DNA of 64,000 nt from Bugula neritina (taxonomy: Eukaryota > Animalia > Bryozoa): the NCBI GenBank assembly GCA_964035545.1, contig OZ037767.1, positions 26,552,628 to 26,616,627 of the forward strand, read 5' to 3'. Of the stretch, positions 61,244 to 64,000 are shown in pieces (position 1 is the first letter of the stretch; each line of letters starts with the position of its first letter). A program made the translations under genes and the position numbers. Below the pieces are notes generated by a model. It worked only from the letters and a program-made list of their open reading frames with translations. It did no database searches and was not told where the DNA came from.

Positions 61244-64000
61244 CTACTGCTTAGAAACACGTCTACTCCTGACTGCATCAGCGTATGAAAAGATCGAGCA
61301 ACGTGGTTGGGGTGCGTGATTAAGACTTTGTGCACCCGGCGGATGAATTTTATTTCTATTTCCGCCGATGTAAAAGTTGATATTTCCGTGGTGTTGACAA
61401 CTCCCACATTTGCTCGATTCTTTTCTCGTACGGTTTTCCCCTAGACTTTCATGTGTGCCGCTTTTAACGCAGTCACATACGAAGTCCTTCAAGTATGCGG
61501 GGGGTTGCCTCGTACGCTGTCCCCTTTCTAGGGGGGGTGACACGCTTGCCGGTTCGTTAGTAGGGGCCTCTAATGGCGTCTCTACTTCACCGTCAGCAGT
61601 CACCTCTTCTTGTTCTCCGGATGGAGCCCCTCCCTCCGTGGGGGTTTGCACTTCCGGAACCGGCTCGGTTTCTGGAAGTGATGGAATCAGACTTGGCAGT
61701 GGCGGACACGCTTCTGTTGGCAGAAGCTGCCGCTCCTCTCTCACCAAGTTTTCTTCCCGCGGTATGACCACTTCGTATTCAGGTCCATGCCGCCGTCGCC
61801 CGCGCGTTGTTGTCTGCCTTCTGGGCTCTAACAACGGGGGGGCTTCTCCCACTCCGCCGGGGCTAGCCCAATACGGTTTCAAGCGAGACTCATTCTGGAT
61901 AGACACCTGTCCTGAGCGCTCAATCTTGTACGTATGATTGGGCATAGCCTCGACGACCACGTAGGGGCCTACGAACTTAGGCTTCAGCTTATCAGCCTGT
62001 CCGCGGCGCCTACGGTAATTGACCATCCACACCTTATCTCCCCTTTGATAGAGAGGGGGTTCATCGGAATCTTCGTGCCGCACCTTCCACTGCTGTTGAC
62101 GCAGTATATCGTGTGCGGCCTTCATCCGTTCCACTAGTTCACTGGCATACTCGTGAACCGAGTTATCTTGCTCTGGAACGTGATAGGTGAGATGGTCAGG
62201 GACACGAGTGTCTCTCCCGAGCATCAAGAGGTTTGGGGTCTCACCAGTACTGGTGTGTGGGGTGCTACGATATGCACGCATGACTTGCGGCAACACCGTA
62301 TCCCATTCCTCTTGACCTCGTCCAAGGAGGAGACTCCGGAGCGCATCACCTAGCATCCGGTTGTTGCGCTCCACCACCCCGTTACCTTGAGGGTGGTAGG
62401 GGGTGGTCCTGCTCTGATTTACTCCCCAGAGGTGGCAAAGGTCGCTCATCAGTTGAGACTGGAATTGAGCGCCTTGATCAGAGTGTATCTGTTCGGGAAG
62501 CCCAAAATAACAGAATACATGTTGGTCCAGCGCCCTGGCCACTGTTGGGGCTGATGCATCTGGGATGGCCAGAGCATCCGCCCACCTAGTAAAGTGGTCG
62601 GTTAGTACTAGTATCCAATTATTGCCTCTGGGGGTCAGGGGCATGGGTCCGACCAGGTCTACAGCGACTACTTGCCAGGGCCTACCAGCATATAGCCTCC
62701 GCCGTCCTGCTTCACCAGGGGGGCGGCTATGTTTACTGGCCTGGCAGATCTCACACTGTTTGACTCTGAGCCGGACGTCACGCTCCATCTGCGGCCAATA
62801 CCACCGGAGTCGTAATTTGGATATCACTCGCTTGACCCCTGCGTGGGCCTGCTTGTGAGTATCCCAAATCAACTCACGGCGGATGGCTGTGGGGCAGACT
62901 ACCCTCTTCCTTTCCGGGTGTCTGCCGCTGGCAGCTAGAGAGATGGTTAGCAACCCATCCTGCCCGATCCGCAGCGAGTCCCAACGCTGACAGTATAGCC
63001 GGAACTCGGCGCATCCCTGTCTTATGCGTTCCTCGCTGGGTCGTCGCCCTTCCCGTTTGGCCCGGTATATGTCTGCCACGACTCCAGGCAGTTCTTCTTG
63101 GAGCTTCTTCAGCTCTCGAACATTACCGGCCAGTACAGGGTTGGCGCAGAGGTTTTGCACATCCTCCGGGGACTCATCAACTCTCTGCCTGAGTTGACCT
63201 TGATCCCAGTCAAACGGTGCTCCGTGATGAGCCAGCGTCTCCAACTCGCATCGCGGGGGACCTCCATCCCTCCTCTCGATGTTGAGACACTGTTTGCAAC
63301 CTCCGTCAGGTCGGCGACTCAACCCATCCGCATTGCTGTGTCTCTTGCCCGGTCGATGTTCGATCCGGTATGAGAATTCAGCTAGGATTTCGAGCCACCG
63401 GGCGACCTGACTAGAGGGCTCTGCTCTCTTGCACAACCAGATCAGCGAGGCATGATCCGTACGCAGCCGGAACTTCCTGCCATATAGGTATGGTCTGAAG
63501 TGCTTCACTGACTTGATTACTGCCAGCAGCTCCTTGCGGGTAGTGCAGTAATTTCGTTCAGCGGGAGAGAGAGACTTGCTGTAGTAGGCTACTACTACTT
63601 CTCGGCCTTCCTGCACTTGTGACAGCACAGCGCCAACATTCTGGTCACTGGCGTCCGTGTCTAGGATGTACTCCAGAGTGGGGTCTGGGTAGGCCAAGAT
63701 GGGCGCCGTTAGGAGGCAGCCCTTGAGGCGGTCGAACGCTTCTTGTTCGACTGGGGTCCACTGCCACGTCACTCCCTTTGCGGTAAGCCGGTTTAAAGGC
63801 TGGGCTATGCCCGCAAAGTCTGGTATGTATTGCCTGTAATACCCTACCAGCCCCAAGAAAGCCCGGAGTCCGGTCAAGTCTTGGGGGGTGACCCAGTCTT
63901 CTACTGCCCGTACCTTTTCGGGATCCGTTGCCACGCCGTTTCGACCGACAACGTGCCCCAGGTACTTGACCTCCGGCTGCAACAGAGCGCACTTGGAAGG
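61244..64000 (-). CDS. pol: Gypsy Pol polyprotein (RT C-terminus, RNase H, integrase), 5'-partial
   Basis: VKYLGH, FLGLVGYYRQYI, LDTDASDQNVGAVL, YCTTRKELLAV, TDHASL; integrase H-H-C-C zinc domain, DLVGP / SDQG / VERNN DDE triad, GPY motif. Uninterrupted for more than 900 codons. Confidence 0.97.
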   Translation of the reverse strand, partial: PSKCALLQPEVKYLGHVVGRNGVATDPEKVRAVEDWVTPQDLTGLRAFLGLVGYYRQYIPDFAGIAQPLNRLTAKGVTWQWTPVEQEAFDRLKGCLLTAPILAYPDPTLEYILDTDASDQNVGAVLSQVQEGREVVVAYYSKSLSPAERNYCTTRKELLAVIKSVKHFRPYLYGRKFRLRTDHASLIWLCKRAEPSSQVARWLEILAEFSYRIEHRPGKRHSNADGLSRRPDGGCKQCLNIERRDGGPPRCELETLAHHGAPFDWDQGQLRQRVDESPEDVQNLCANPVLAGNVRELKKLQEELPGVVADIYRAKREGRRPSEERIRQGCAEFRLYCQRWDSLRIGQDGLLTISLAASGRHPERKRVVCPTAIRRELIWDTHKQAHAGVKRVISKLRLRWYWPQMERDVRLRVKQCEICQASKHSRPPGEAGRRRLYAGRPWQVVAVDLVGPMPLTPRGNNWILVLTDHFTRWADALAIPDASAPTVARALDQHVFCYFGLPEQIHSDQGAQFQSQLMSDLCHLWGVNQSRTTPYHPQGNGVVERNNRMLGDALRSLLLGRGQEEWDTVLPQVMRAYRSTPHTSTGETPNLLMLGRDTRVPDHLTYHVPEQDNSVHEYASELVERMKAAHDILRQQQWKVRHEDSDEPPLYQRGDKVWMVNYRRRRGQADKLKPKFVGPYVVVEAMPNHTYKIERSGQVSIQNESRLKPYWASPGGVGEAPPLLEPRRQTTTRGRRRHGPEYEVVIPREENLVREERQLLPTEACPPLPSLIPSLPETEPVPEVQTPTEGGAPSGEQEEVTADGEVETPLEAPTNEPASVSPPLERGQRTRQPPAYLKDFVCDCVKSGTHESLGENRTRKESSKCGSCQHHGNINFYIGGNRNKIHPPGAQSLNHAPQPRCSIFSYADAVRSRRVSKQ

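Larger units (their letters stand above)
59559..64000 (-). mobile_element. Ty3/Gypsy LTR retrotransposon (3' part; continues beyond the window)
   Basis: Domain order RT-RNaseH-integrase, extra 3' ORF, PPT and TG...CA LTR; the internal region is markedly more GC-rich than the host. Confidence 0.95.

Noticed and set aside
61410-63992. Several ORFs antisense to or overlapping pol
   Set aside because: Expected shadows of a GC-rich coding frame; no recognisable motifs.

Overview
AT-rich, intron-rich eukaryotic DNA from an invertebrate metazoan (inference: a U12 intron and a vault PARP argue against nematodes and flies). From left to right: (1) a complete 15-exon copper amine oxidase on the minus strand; (2) SNRPE/SmE on the minus strand, with a U12-type first intron and a MITE nested inside a related MITE in intron 2; (3) head-to-head with it, a ~30-exon PARP4/vPARP gene (BRCT, PARP with H-Y-E, VIT, vWA, low-complexity linker, MVP-binding C-terminus) whose linker carries RNA polymerase II CTD-like YSPTSPA heptads; (4) a DTHD1-like ZU5-ZU5-UPA-death domain gene with an N-terminal ubiquitin-like domain, a charged helix and two death domains; (5) three tandem intronless divergent class A GPCRs, the third truncated by (6) a young Ty3/Gypsy LTR retrotransposon on the minus strand. 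Besides an open pol, the retrotransposon has an extra ORF in the env position that appears to be splice-dependent and encodes zinc fingers, an RS-like basic motif and a coiled coil. tRNA-derived SINE remnants and many minisatellites are present, several anchored on 5' splice sites. Gene models were built by hand from splice signals and reading-frame phase; family calls rest on recognised motifs, not database searches.
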